A stretch of DNA of 60,423 bases, filler included, from Sphacelaria rigidula (taxonomy: Eukaryota): assembly GCA_964200075.2 (NCBI GenBank). It is 7 parts of 7 records of this genome, joined end to end, with 100 filler letters (N's around TTAATTAATTAA, not from the genome) between each part and the next. Parts side by side here need not be neighbours in the genome. Positions count along the whole stretch, not along the records: positions 43,233 to 51,778 come from CAXNAA020010824.1; positions 51,879 to 60,423 come from CAXNAA020010825.1; 5 more parts are not named here. One strand, 5' to 3'. The notes below the pieces were generated by a model. That model ran no database searches, was not told the origin of the DNA, and was given only the letters and a program-made list of their open reading frames with translations. The position numbers and the translations under genes were made by a program. This document shows positions 48,250 through 60,423 of the stretch, one piece after another; within the stretch, counting starts at the first letter, position 1, and each line of letters begins with the position of its first letter.

Positions 48250-48600
48250 GATTTGGCAAAAACAAATCCTGTTGAAAACTGCTTTTCTCCGTAGCCTCAT
48301 GCCCGAAAAGAGGGCTAGGCGGATGTCGATACCTTAGAATGCTTTGCTCTACGCGTTGAGACCGTTCGAAGGCAACTTTGCCTTTCCCGATGGCCGCAGT
48401 TATATTTTTGGCAAAACTTATATTTTCCATAATACACGGTCCGGTAATCAAAATCTGGCCAGTATTTTGATCACTCAACCGTTCGTCATCGAAAACTTTA
48501 TTCCTAGGTGTCAACATCCGCCTAGCCCTCTTTTCGAGCGTTAGACGACGGAGAAGGGTCCAAAAGGCAGTTTTCAACGGGAAGTTGTTTCCAAACCCAT
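48250..48600. repeat. Diverged inverted repeat (~90-bp arms)
   Basis: GTTGAAAACTGC..CGAAAAGAGGGCTAGGCGGATGT versus ACATCCGCCTAGCCCTCTTTTCG..GCAGTTTTCAAC. Confidence 0.7.
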
Positions 48601-49028
48601 GAAAATTGGTCAAAGTTCGAACGAGGTCGGCGAATCTCGAAGTGCGCAGCATGTTAATTTCCAAGGTCGTGTCGTATCAATTTTTGCGACTCGAAAAACG
48701 TGTGGTGGAATCGAATTAGCTCGTATCTGGTACGTCCACGACAGTGATGTTCTCAGATGGCTTCGAGTCTTTTGTATAACTATTTGCGCGCGACGGGTAG
48801 GGTGAAAAACGGAAAAGCTTACGAGTGGTGATTTCGATGGATCGAAAACACGCGGTGGAAAAGAACGAAGGGGCAATTGACTGTCATCTTGCAGACCACC
48901 ACGCTGGATGACACACTTCAACAGGACCATGCAAACCTTACACAATTTCTGAACAACCCAAAGCAAGTTGCAACATAGATCACGCGCCAAGCACAGGGTA
49001 CATACACTACAGCGAACAGGGGACCGAC

Positions 49029-50169
49029 CAGTGTTGAATCGGATATCGATACTCGATACGATTTCGATAATATCGGTCGATACGGCGTATAGGTATCGCC
49101 GCTTCTCAAGCCGATATTCGTCGATACGCATATTTAATTCTTTATTTTACCGAAGGGGTGGTAGACAGCACATCGTCCCACCGCCCATCACCCCGCCACC
49201 CACCACACTCCGCACACAACACACACCACACAGCCATTTGCTGTGAACCACACCGGTCTGCAACATGAGCCGTCTTCAGACTTTCGGCTCAGGGCGGTAG
49301 CTCAGAGTCTGCGGTCGACGTGTCTGCCGAACCGTCTGTATCTGTGTCTGCTACGGTCGACGTTTCTGCCGACCCGTTTGTATCTGTGTCTGCTACGGCG
49401 GCTGCTGCTGCACCAGTGGCCGCCCCAGTGCCCTCAGCCAAGAGTGAAGAGAGCGGGCAAGCAGAGTTACCCGCGAAGTTTTAGGTGTCTGGAGAGTATA
49501 CTTCGTTGCGCAGCCGACAAGGAAAATTTGGACCTATGCTGCCGACTTATCCCTTGTCTGGTATGGAGAACAGAAAAAGCGAGCGCGCATTTGCATTCAT
49601 CATTTATCGCCCAGTTTCGACGTTTGGCACGTTCGTTATTGAATAATGAGTGCGTTCGCAGTGCGCAGTGCGCAGAGCCGAGGTAAAAAGCTCAAGTTCG
49701 AAAGAAACGTGACGGAATAGTGGCCGCGGAATATAATTAGGTATATCACCGGCTTAAATAACACACTATCGATCATGCATCACACCTCGAGTTGTGATCA
49801 ACTACCTCTTTTGCGACTAGCCCCTTGCACAATGATTTTTTTTTGTCAAACCGAAGCGTCACGCCGCGTCTTGTGCCGCTACTTTTATGATGTCAGATAA
49901 CAAATCACACACTGGTGCGGCTGTACCTCCATACAACGAGGCGTGTACCCACTCCGGGTTAGGTTGCTGGTGTCAGTAGTACCGTGAGGTCTTGCGAGCT
50001 GTGTCCCCACCAAAACAGCCGTATCGTATTGTATCGAGTATCAGTATCGAGTATCGATACGTATCGGGTCATTTTCCGCGTATCGAAATAAATACCGATA
50101 TCGACGTCTTGAGGTCGATACGTTATAATATCGTATCGAACTTTTTTTTCCGTCCGATATTCAACACTG
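49029..50169. mobile_element. Non-autonomous hAT element (1141 bp)
   Basis: TIR CAGTGTTGAAT / ATTCAACACTG; perfect 8-bp TSD GGACCGAC (49021-49028, 50170-50177); ATCGATAC subterminal repeats at both ends. Confidence 0.92.
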
Positions 50170-51998
50170 GGACCGACACCACCACCCTCTAGACACGATG
50201 TTATTATTTTTTGCCGGTGAAAACTAACTTTATTATCTTTACTGTAGGTGTCAGGTACGGAATTGCACGGTAGGGTGGCCAACCGACTTGCGAACACGCT
50301 CACGGGCAGTACAGGCAGTACACAACTGCACGTTGGTCGTATCTTGTTCGCATCCTGTTGTATGAAGAGAGTATGAACAGCCCAGTGTTGGCTGTACTGC
50401 ACCTTGCCCCCTTCTTCTTCACATCCTCCTGTACAAAACATACACTGTACTGTCTGTCTTGAATACGAGTGAACAAGTACCGCCTCACGAATTCCACCGT
50501 CTTTTCCGGTCGTGAGCGCGCAAATTTGCTCGGCCCCAAACGCAGTCAAACAAGCGAACTCAACTCCGCCGCATCAATTCGTTGACACACACAAAAAAAC
50601 ATGAGGCACGGCCTGGAATCCTGGTATTTGCAAAAACAAAAAACAGGTACTGTTGTATATTATCAGTAAATTCCTTTGCGGACGATACCAGAGTGTTCGG
50701 AACAGGGCTCGATATCCCTCCGAACCATACAGGGATGTTCGCTACACATCTCGGTATAGGTTGGTACGCTTGCCGTAAATGCCTAATTTTTTTGGTACAC
50801 CCTGAAGAACACAACCATGACAATGATCATACATTACTCGATGAACACATCGAACCCCCGACGTATATTCAACGAAATTCATGGCGCCGGTCGGCCCACA
50901 CGTGTATTGTATGCACAGCATATTTAGTTTGTGCATTGGCACACGATATATTTGCGACGGCAACATGATCCATGTTTGCATACTGGACCGTCGACACAAC
51001 AACAAGCTTTTCGCTAGATTGCGTGTCTAATAGCATTTGTTTGATAAGGAGTTCTGTGACCACGGGTTCACGAGATCGGACTAATGTGCGGAAATAATAA
51101 TAATAATAATAAATAATGTTTAGGACGTTCTACGGTAAAGTAAAGACCATACTTGAACGAGAATGCCTATACCTCTCCGAAAAACAGAAAAAGAAACCCG
51201 TTTTGTTTTTTCTTCGGCACGGCTTTGCCAATTTCCATGATGAGTTTCAAATCTCGATTGTAAAAAGATGAGCTGAAAAATTGGAATGAGGTCCGAGGGC
51301 ATTGTCCCTTTTTCCTTAATCCTTAGACGGCGAGGGTAGGTCACCTGGTGAATTGGTACCAATTTTCACTTGATAAGAATGCGTGATCCAGATGGACTAC
51401 CCGCACCGCGGTTTATAAGGAGTTAAAACTACCCTGAAAAACACGAAAAAAATCAACGAAAATGAACAAGACGAAAAATGCTGTTTTTTTTCATGAAGCA
51501 CAAGCGATTCTCCATACCGAACTTCAGAGCACTACTCTCAAAAACTGAGACGTGATATTCTGATTTAGTGAAGTGAGTGAGTGGCGTGTTTTATAGCGTC
51601 ATCGCCAACCGACGCCAACCCATCGGGGGTCCGCCCCCTACAAAGCCAGGACGGAGCACGCCGGGTTCTCGCCGGCCCAGGCTAATCAGTGGGGGGGGGG
51701 GGGGGCCCGTCCGGGGGGGGGTGCCACGCAAAGTTGGGGTCCCCTGTCCCTGGCCCACAAAAAAACCTTCGCACCAAANNNNNNNNNNNNNNNNNNNNNN
51801 NNNNNNNNNNNNNNNNNNNNNNTTAATTAATTAANNNNNNNNNNNNNNNNNNNNNNNNNNNNNNNNNNNNNNNNNNNNTGCTCCGTCCCGGCTTTGTAGG
51901 GATGCGAGGTCAATGGTCTTATGACTATGGCATGCATGATCATGAGTACACCCAGGCGTGAAAATGCTTTGTGCAGTATCTCACCAACCAGACCGCCG

Positions 51999-52328
51999 AA
52001 ATACTCGAATGGAATACTGTACGGTAGCTGCATGCACAGCACGTGTGCTCAAGCAAAAAAAGAGGGAAAAAAACGTTTCCTGTTCGGAACGCCAGATCAT
52101 CCACTGGGAATCTGAAATTACCCTCTGAACCTCACGAATAGAGTCTTCCGAGCGCATCACGGTAAATACTCGAATGGGATACTGTACGGTAGCTGCATGC
52201 ACAGAACGTGTGCTCAAGCAAAAAAAGGAAAAAAAAACGTTTCCTGTTCGGAACGCCAGATCATCCACTCGGAATCTGAAACTACCCTCTGAATCTCACG
52301 AATAGAGACTTCCGAGCGCATCGCGGTG
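51999..52328. repeat. Tandem duplication, 2 x ~165 bp
   Basis: AAATACTCGAATGG...CCGAGCGCATC.CGGT occurs twice, near-identical. Confidence 0.9.
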
Positions 52329-53170
52329 AGAAACCCAATTCAGCAACAATATTTTGGCTTTCGCCTCTCATGTGCGCCTAAGGCTTCGCGTAATTCCGAT
52401 TTTTGCGCCTGAATTTTGTGTTTATGAAGACGCTTATTTTGGGTTGTGAAAGGTCTAGTGGGAATATCATGCACATAAATTGCGCATAATGCCTATGCGC
52501 CGCCTGCGGCCACTGTGCAGATTCCCTTAGAGGTGTTCCATGTGTATGTGTGACACGACAAAACCGCACGTAGACTGGGTTGGATAATGCCATGTTGGAC
52601 ATTTCTTCAATGAAACTTGTTGGGATCAGGGCCTCCCGTCCAAAAACCAACAAAAAAAATGCGTGTGAGCACGCCACCGTGGGCAAAGAATGCACCTGAG
52701 ATGTGTTACCTTCATCAATCTATCGGTCCTAACTTCAACCTCTCGATGATCAACATCTGGGCCGAAATGGCAACCCGCAACCCCCCTCCCACTCTGAACG
52801 TCCATTAAAAATGATTGCACAATTCAACGGAAACCGTCTGTACGTAGCAGACAAGACGAATTAAATTAGTGTATACAGCAGAAACAACCATAAGGAGGAC
52901 CGACGGAGTATCGAAGTCCAGCCAGCACGAGTCAACGCTGAGCACGACGGAAAACTCCCACTTCGATCTGTCATCCTCCGGTGGTGCCGTGGATGATGAC
53001 ATTTTTTTTCTCGAGATGATGGGCATGATACATTCTGTGCGATGTAGACTTTACGGTAAAAAAGTGGTACGATTAGTGCCAGGATGTTGCAGCAGGCAAG
53101 AGTATTCACGATACAGGCCGTGGATTTTGCGAGCAGTACGACATTACAACTATAGGCTATACTTCGCAAA

Positions 53171-53614
53171 CACGGTACAGCTGTAGTCTGTACTTGTTGT
53201 CTTGTACTACTTCATGTCCGAGTACAGGCTGTACTCTGCCAGGTTACAGCACGGGTTGTACTCGCGAGCACAGTAGGTAGCTGTGCTTTGCCAATACAGC
53301 ACAGTACTATACCGTCTTCATATGCAGCTGCACATCCATGGCAGTGGATGCAGATGCAAAGGATATGAGTACTGACTACCGCATGCACCACGGTACAGCT
53401 GTAGTCTGTGCTTGTTATCTTGTACTACTTCATGTCCGAGTACAGGCTGTACTCTGCCAGGTTATAGCACGGGTTGTACTCGCGAGCACAGTGGGTAGCT
53501 GTGCTTTGCCAATACAACACAGTACTATACCGTCTTCATATGCAGCTGCACATCCATGGCAGTGGATGCAGATGCAAAGGATATGAGTACTGACTACCGC
53601 CTGCACCACGGTAC
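53171..53614. repeat. Tandem duplication, 2 x 218 bp
   Basis: CACGGTACAGCTGTAGTCTG...TGCAC starts at 53171 and 53389; few substitutions. Confidence 0.92.
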
Positions 53615-53899
53615 TACACGTGAAGGCTTCACTTTGTTTGCACACATGCGTAACGGGCAGCTGATTAAAAACATGTGGGCTCCCGAGTTAAAAAAAGGAT
53701 ACGGTGGAAACAAGGATCCACCTATATAGGTGGATATAATTTTTGCGACACGTGAATGTAGGGCCCATGTATAGACAACAATACAGGAACATCCCTGACC
53801 GGTTTTGAGCCCGCAGTCAAGTGCACGCAAAGTCAGTATAGCATGGAACAGTATGTCTTCGACGAGCACCTTTCAAATTCCGTAGTTGCATGCACGCTG

Positions 53900-54780
53900 T
53901 TGATGTCTCTGCTTCGTGTTTCCCAACAACACTACAGACAGTGTGAAGCTATTCTGGCAACGCGAGAAGGGCCAGGTACACCCGAACGACTGCGAGCGGA
54001 GTCTTTACTTCCAAAAACAAATGGTTGACTTCTTGAGCTCTCCGGCTGTTCGTATAACCTCCCCTGATATCTGGAAACCCGCGAATGTTCCTGGACTGTC
54101 AGCCGATTAAACTGTGCGGAGGCGGACCACGGCCGCAATGCAGTAAACCTGGATAGAGTAGTTGATTTCAAGATTCAAACCTGTACCGGTTGTTTTCGCT
54201 GGGTATGACGGCAAGAAACAGTGAGCCGGTATGTGTTGGCCGGCGCTACAGTAGAGCACGGTTACAGCAGGCTGTGGTAGCACACATTTTCGGTTTATTT
54301 TGACGTCGCGCTTGCCTAGTATAGTACCGCCGTATATTGTGTGAAATCTACATGATAATATCTTCGCTTTGCTACACGACAGCGGTCGTCACACATCTGC
54401 CCCAACTTGGCGACGAGATATAAGATACTGTACTCACGTGGTTCTCGATACCGATGGAGCACAGGGTTCCTCTTGGCGTTCTCAACGGAGTTCTTCGACA
54501 CAGCAAACGCTCTTGTGAAGAAACGATTACACACCAAGCCGTCAGAAACATACATTGACACCATGTTTTTACCGTGTTTCTGGTACGGCACGTGCTCTCG
54601 AACCCAAGCCAGTCTTGCCTTGCGCGCGACGACACGACTGAGGTCCTCTTGCTCCGACGCCAACCTCTGAGCATCAAGCGTCCCTTCAAGGAACCGTTCC
54701 ACACAGCGTAGACTGCGTCAGCACTCGAAACTCGATGCAAGCATATCTTGCAGCGCAGTAGGCTGTGTGGGGAAAGGTGC
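53900..54780 (-). pseudogene. N-terminal remnant of a Sola-like DNA transposase
   Basis: CKICL...(frameshift)ERFL...RLAWVREHV...MYVSDGLVCNRFFTRAFAVSKN fits the C..CL / VC..FF....S pattern of Sola-type transposase N-termini. No catalytic domain recognised. Confidence 0.45.
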
Positions 54781-55589
54781 ACCCACCAGCGGAACGATCG
54801 ACTCGAGAGGGGATTGCTCTTGCCTTCTTTATGGAGTCAAGCCGCCCGTATGCCCACATGATTCGATGCTCCGCTCCATGGGTTCAACCGAGGTCGCGAA
54901 CAGGAGGCGGCTCGCCTCTATAATAGGCATAAACGCACTCCCCACACTAGTTCCTCTGGTAAGTGAGTGTTTGAGAGTAGGCGATGCCAATACGTTTATG
55001 ACAGCATGGGCGGGGTGGTAATGTTTGGACAGCAACGATTAAGTTGGCGTTGTTCCACATTTAGATCAATCTTTCCGAGACCACAAATCAACATGCCCTG
55101 ACCGTCAGAATGTCGGGACAAATATCCTGTGATCCTGAGTACAACTGACCATGTGCACCCGAAGCGTGATCAGAGAATGAGACACATGTCGACAAATACC
55201 GGAATCTTTAGGTCTTTTCACCTGCCTGGCTGGGGGGATTGTTTCAGCAGTATGGCACCTGACACGCGGCAAGTTGGTCACCACTGTACCGAAAGTGGAG
55301 CTCGTAAGAAAGACACCGTCATACTAGCTACAAAGTTAGATATTATCGAAGAACATGGCTTATTTGTACTCATGCGAGATTGATATGACCCAGATATGTT
55401 GTCGAATTACGAGTACAGGTGGCTTTGTGGGTAACGTGTACCGATCGTGACCTTCAACTAACCGCGATATTAGGACATTCTCACCGTCCCTCGCTCTATC
55501 CCCCCCCCTACCCCCCACCCCTCCCATGAGAACACCCCTCCCTTACACAATCCACTGCACCGCCGCCTGCAGCCTGCATACCACAACAG

Positions 55590-58500
55590 TGAAGAAGCAG
55601 GCGTTGCTGCTGCCTGCCTTCCTTCGAACAGCTTTAAACGATGTCGGCGAGACCCTGTCCCCCCGCAACACGTACGACAAGCTTTACATGTACGTTGGGA
55701 TCATCACGTCGGTCCAGGAGAGCACGGGGAGTGATGACGTTACGGGGGAGTAAATAGCAAAGGAGTTCACGAACGTGAGTAATGGAATGTGAAGGATGGG
55801 ATACTACAAAACCGGGTCTGCATTACACGGGGACGGTAGTGGGCACTGGGTCAAGTTTAAATTCGTATTGTATCATATGTGCGCCGCGGGTCGTTTATGT
55901 TGCATCTCGGCACGAAGTCAAGTCCACTTGTATTGTTGTAAACTAGTTGCCGGAGGGTTTACGACGCGTGTACTGCGTCTCCCACCCGCTCATACGCCGA
56001 GAAACAACCCAGTGTGCAGCGAACACGACAGCCCTCGACCACGTATGTAATGCAGCACGCACGACGGTCGCAGTGAAGTTGCCACTCTGGAGCGGGGGGG
56101 CGGCGATTCGATGTGGGGGCCGGTACCGATATTCTGTTCAGTCGGGAGAAGTTGTGTACGGTACTATGAATCATTTTGAACTTCCACGGACACTGAAACG
56201 GCCGACTCGGCTTCACCGCATCTGCTATACGTTTTTCTCCGCGGTCCGATGGTGCCCCCTCGTCACCGAAGGCAGCTGGGTTTGAATTCTCTGTCGGTGG
56301 TGACGATGCGGCACTGGCGAAAGGCCTGCTTCGCCACTACACCGGAAGCAATGAAAGCCATTGTCTGGGCGTTCCTGACGTCGGACCCCGGTATCGACGC
56401 GAAATGTATTTCGCTGACGTACACCTGAAGAGCAAGGCTTACAGCGATCTACACGCCAGACCCGCAGCGCAATCGATCGCCATCAATATGCTCGTAAGGT
56501 ATGCACCGCCGGTACATCCAGTCGCTTGTTGCGATAATCTCGAGTTATCTTCCATTAATTCGCCGCACCGAAGGATGAGAGTGTGTCATGTGGCATGTGT
56601 CCTGTTTGATGGACCGTCAGAACCAATATATCCAGGGTATAACTACGCAGACCCCCCCCTCCGCTCGAAACAGTCTATTTTCAAAATTGAGGATAGATTT
56701 TTTGGTAGAGGACGAACCTCAGGAACCTTCATAAACATCGAGAAGGTTTCGAAATGACAATGCAAAAGCATTCTCCGGCTGTGATGTGTGACCTCACCCA
56801 TCGTAGCAAACAAAATATAAGATCAACAGTGTTTTGTACCGGAACCACTGGAGGATGATATCGTTCCGTATAAACACCGGAGGTCACGAATTGCAGATGG
56901 CTGTCTTCGAGGATGAGCGAGGGCACACATCACAGGCGGAGAGTGCAGATGTGTCTTTATTTCGAATATATCGCGAAGCTTATGAAATGTTGCAAGGACG
57001 GTACCCAAAAAGCAATCATCCTTGATTCTCGACCGTACCACGACAGACATTCGAGGGCAAGCAGGATGACATCCACACCGAAAGATTGGGATCGGATCAC
57101 CAAAAACGTTCGCATCGTGCACAACCTGGTGGAGAGAATCGAGAGCGTGGTGCCTAGTCTTACTTGGACGGACAGGTTTAACGAGTGAGTGCCGTTAATC
57201 TGTAGCCCGGCCACCGCCCGAGGTAAGGCGCTCTGTCTATATCGAGACAACGTAATTATGCGCCGCAGTGTACGTAAATATCACTGCATACTAGTCGACC
57301 TGTCACAGAATGTGGTGCGACGTTTGATGCTTTCGATTCCTATTTCTGTGAACAGCGGCGTGCACAAAATGATGGACGGTACGTACGGGTTGGAAGATTT
57401 CCAGCTGTTCGTGGGGGATTATATATCGTCCGTGGACAAGACGATATCAAAGACAAGAGAAAGACTGCCGGCTGAAGAACAGGAAGGCGATGCCATGAAG
57501 GAATTTGAGGCGGTCTACAAGGGAAGACTTCCACGGCCCTTGGAGCTGGTGCGTTACTCCCCGTCGGTAGTTGACTTCATCCTCAGAAATTTGAGACATA
57601 TATTCGCTGTCGCGAGCCGATCGGTGACCGGCCTCGATGCTCGGGTACGGAAGTCCTCGGTATCTTTCCCGGTAGTACTGGTTGAGGAGTGTAAAACACC
57701 ACCGCCCGCATACATCTGCACTTCAGAGACGAAGCAGAGACTTGCTGCCGGCCGTCCCTTATTTTGTATCTTAGTTCATACTTGACATACCACAGATCTT
57801 GCCATCACCGCCGTTCGCAGATGACACAAAGAGGGACCCTCAAGTCTTTCAGCGAAACATGGAAGGAAAAATGGAACGCGATAAACGCAGGTGTAACAGG
57901 TTTTCGTTTGTGAGAGGTGTCATGAACTCTCACCAATCTTTCCAAATGCCGCTGGGCTCATTTTCACCCTCTATTTCTCGACAGCACGATATCGGCGGCG
58001 CGGTTTATGTGGGCCCAGGGTTGCTCCCGTCGAAGCTGCCGGCCGACACGACCCCGCCGGCATTGCTGACTCCTGCCGCCGGTACTTCTGCTGAAGAGGT
58101 CATGAAGACCGCCGTGCAGCCGTTCGGATACACAGTGGAGGTGAGAGTGCTTCGGGCGACCCAAACGGTGTTCATATCGAGTCTTGTTTATCTGCTTCTT
58201 CGCCGTCCGAGGGTCGCACAGTGAGGACAAGATGGTGATCAGGCTAATGGGCACCTACGCACCAGTTTTAGTCTTTCCGCATATTTCTTGACGCATTTAC
58301 GAGTCAAATATAGTTTTCCTGTACCATACAAGAGGATACCCTAAACTGTACGGGCCCTGCACCTTGCCCGGATTTTGGTCCGATCTTTGTCTTATATGTT
58401 TGGTCAATTTTCGGTTGAAAGCATATCTTGTTTACATTCGGTGCTCGGTTCGTACGAATGAAAACAAATAATCAGGCCCGAAAATGGCCGCACACCCCCC

Positions 58501-59838
58501 TTTCTAACTCCAGAGAGAAACAACATTCTAAAAAACCAACGAACGATAATCACAATCGCGAATCAATCACTAGTTTTACGTATTACCGTGTGTTGGACCC
58601 CACTGCCTTTTTCACTGACAAACCTTGCTGAGAAAACCAGCGCTGTTCGGCTCAACAACGGCCAAAACCTTCTACTAGTGCTTTGAAATAGTAGAATAAG
58701 TGCGATGCTCGGGTATATTTCGGCCCGTTTCAAGTAAGGAACTCGTTATTCTCTCTTTACGTCGGCTGAGTCTGCCCTCTAACTTCGTAACGAACTCATC
58801 TGTAATGCCGTCACAACGACCATGATACCCAGACAACGTATGATTGCCCTTCAGTGCCCTAAATTATGGGACGGGCGTGTGAGAAGGCCATCACTTGGGG
58901 GTCGTCTTGTCACCTCCTACCTCTTCTAGTCGCGACGCGGAGATTTCGAAGGAAGCGGGCACGGCATGCCAGACAGAATGCGGATCGCGCTTCGAATCCT
59001 TCGTTTGGGATCATGCAGAGTCTGTATCGCTGAGAATCTGAGGGGTGGGGTTTGTCACGGGATCTCGTACCATCTTTTTCACACGTCTACAGTGAATGCT
59101 TAAAGTGTATTACACATTATTGCTTCCTCTCTTCGCGACGTGACTTGGAACCGCGTCTCGCGCATTCACCTCCGCCGCGCGTGCAATCCAATTTGGTCAC
59201 AACTTTCGAGTCTAGATCAGGTCAACAGGCTGCACGTGATCGCAAAACAAGGCCAAGACGTCGACTATCCGGACATTCCTGTCTGGGGGAAGTATAAAAT
59301 AAACGACTCTCCGGAGAACGCCCTTCATTCTATCGACCATGTTGTAGAGGAGCAGTATATCCACATTATGTTGGTAGCTACCAACAAACAACTGAGGAAA
59401 ATGTTGGAGCCTGGCAAGGAGACGTGTAAAGCAAAGGACGTGTAAAGCAAAGGCGGCGTTATACCTAGAAGCGGCGGAGACATGCCCATTTTTCTACCTC
59501 ACGTGGGAAGCAACGGTCGATGATGAGGCCATAGACATTTGTCGCAGATTCCTCACGTACAACTCGCCACCGCTGTAGGCAGCGAAGGCGGAGATAAGCA
59601 CGCTCTCATCGCTTGTGTACCAACACCTCGCGTGCGGAGCAGTAGATTAGCGGCGAAGAAGCCATTAGTCATTGGTGCCGGGGATCTTATTGTAAAGGGC
59701 CCTGGATTTATGAAAAAGTGGCTTGGATTAACCCCAGCCGCTAGTCCCTGCGACGATGATGAGGAAGACGATGCAGATGAATGTGAAGACACTGCCGATG
59801 ACGACGGCATCGCAGCCGATGACGGCGCGGGAGAGTAA
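55590..59838 (+). pseudogene. Disrupted multi-exon gene with Ulp1/SENP-like peptidase motifs and an acidic C-tail
   Basis: Exons 56830-57184, 57356-57644 and 57985-58140 join with compatible phases at GT-AG sites. Further candidate exons at ~55590-55775, ~56280-56493, 56621-56745 and ~59140-59838. Motifs: AINML, PGYNY..SIFKIED, NHWRMISF. In-frame stops, a frameshift and a 16-bp tandem duplication (GACGTGTAAAGCAAAG near 59421-59452). Confidence 0.5.
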
Positions 59839-60423
59839 CGGATGTCATGTTTGCGGCTTCGGTTTTGAATAGGAGGGTCTGTTTTGATGGGGTTGGGTCG
59901 GGGTAGGGAGTTTGAGGGGGGGGGGTTCATGGTCCTGCCGCGTTGTGCGTGGTTTCGTTCCGGAGGTACCCGTTGATGAGAGTAGACGACGTCAACACTT
60001 GTCGATCGCAACTGATGGTAGCACCGTGCGTGGAACACCTGCTCGCGTTCTCGAATTCGATGAAAGACAAGCATCATTCTCCTCGCCAGAGGGAAATGTT
60101 CGAAAGGGAGTATCCGAGTCGTTTCCCTGACGGATCTTGTGGGCAATGGGCTATCCATGTTGCCTTGAAACCGACTTCTTGACTAAGGGGGAAGCACAAA
60201 CCCGCAGCTGATTGATACGAAGACACGAACGGAGCCCGTCTTGGTCGTGCCGGACGAGCACCCCCGCCCCCTCCACCCTGTCAGGCATGATCAGGATGCT
60301 GTTCCTCGCGCAAGACACGGAATCCGTGCGCTGCCACCTTTTTCCCTGTGGTGTAGAGGGACAAGAGCGCTCACCCGACTAATTTATCTCGATTCTTCGA
60401 TATACTGAACATGACGCGTTACG

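Noticed and set aside
59960-60350. Convergent minus-strand exons at the window end
   Set aside because: Splice-like signals are present but frames contain stops and no motif was recognised.

Overview
Eukaryotic, repeat-rich DNA. Intron style, base composition and repeat types suggest a brown alga or other stramenopile (inference). The window is not one locus. It is seven contigs of almost identical, non-increasing length (8547, 8547, 8546, 8546, 8546, 8546, 8545 bp) joined by 100-bp N/TTAATTAATTAA/N linkers, so adjacency across gaps means nothing. Retroelements: a degenerate Ty3/Gypsy pol, a two-LTR chromodomain Gypsy with an internal deletion, a 5'-truncated Ty1/Copia, a LINE 3' fragment and a tRNA-derived SINE family. 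Non-autonomous TIR elements: hAT (8-bp TSD), Harbinger/Tourist (TAA TSD), and three families with 4-bp TSDs. Host-gene exons: MON2 (four 5' exons, first intron GC-AG), a choline-transporter-like gene, a type II membrane protein, and an Hsp70-like terminal exon that stops just after the ATPase domain. The most unusual signals are a decayed CxC2-KDZ (Kyakuja-Dileera-Zisupton) transposase in contig 4, and in contig 7 a Sola-like transposase remnant lying head-to-head with a spliced gene carrying Ulp1/SENP-like motifs. All family calls come from motif recognition by eye; no searches were run.
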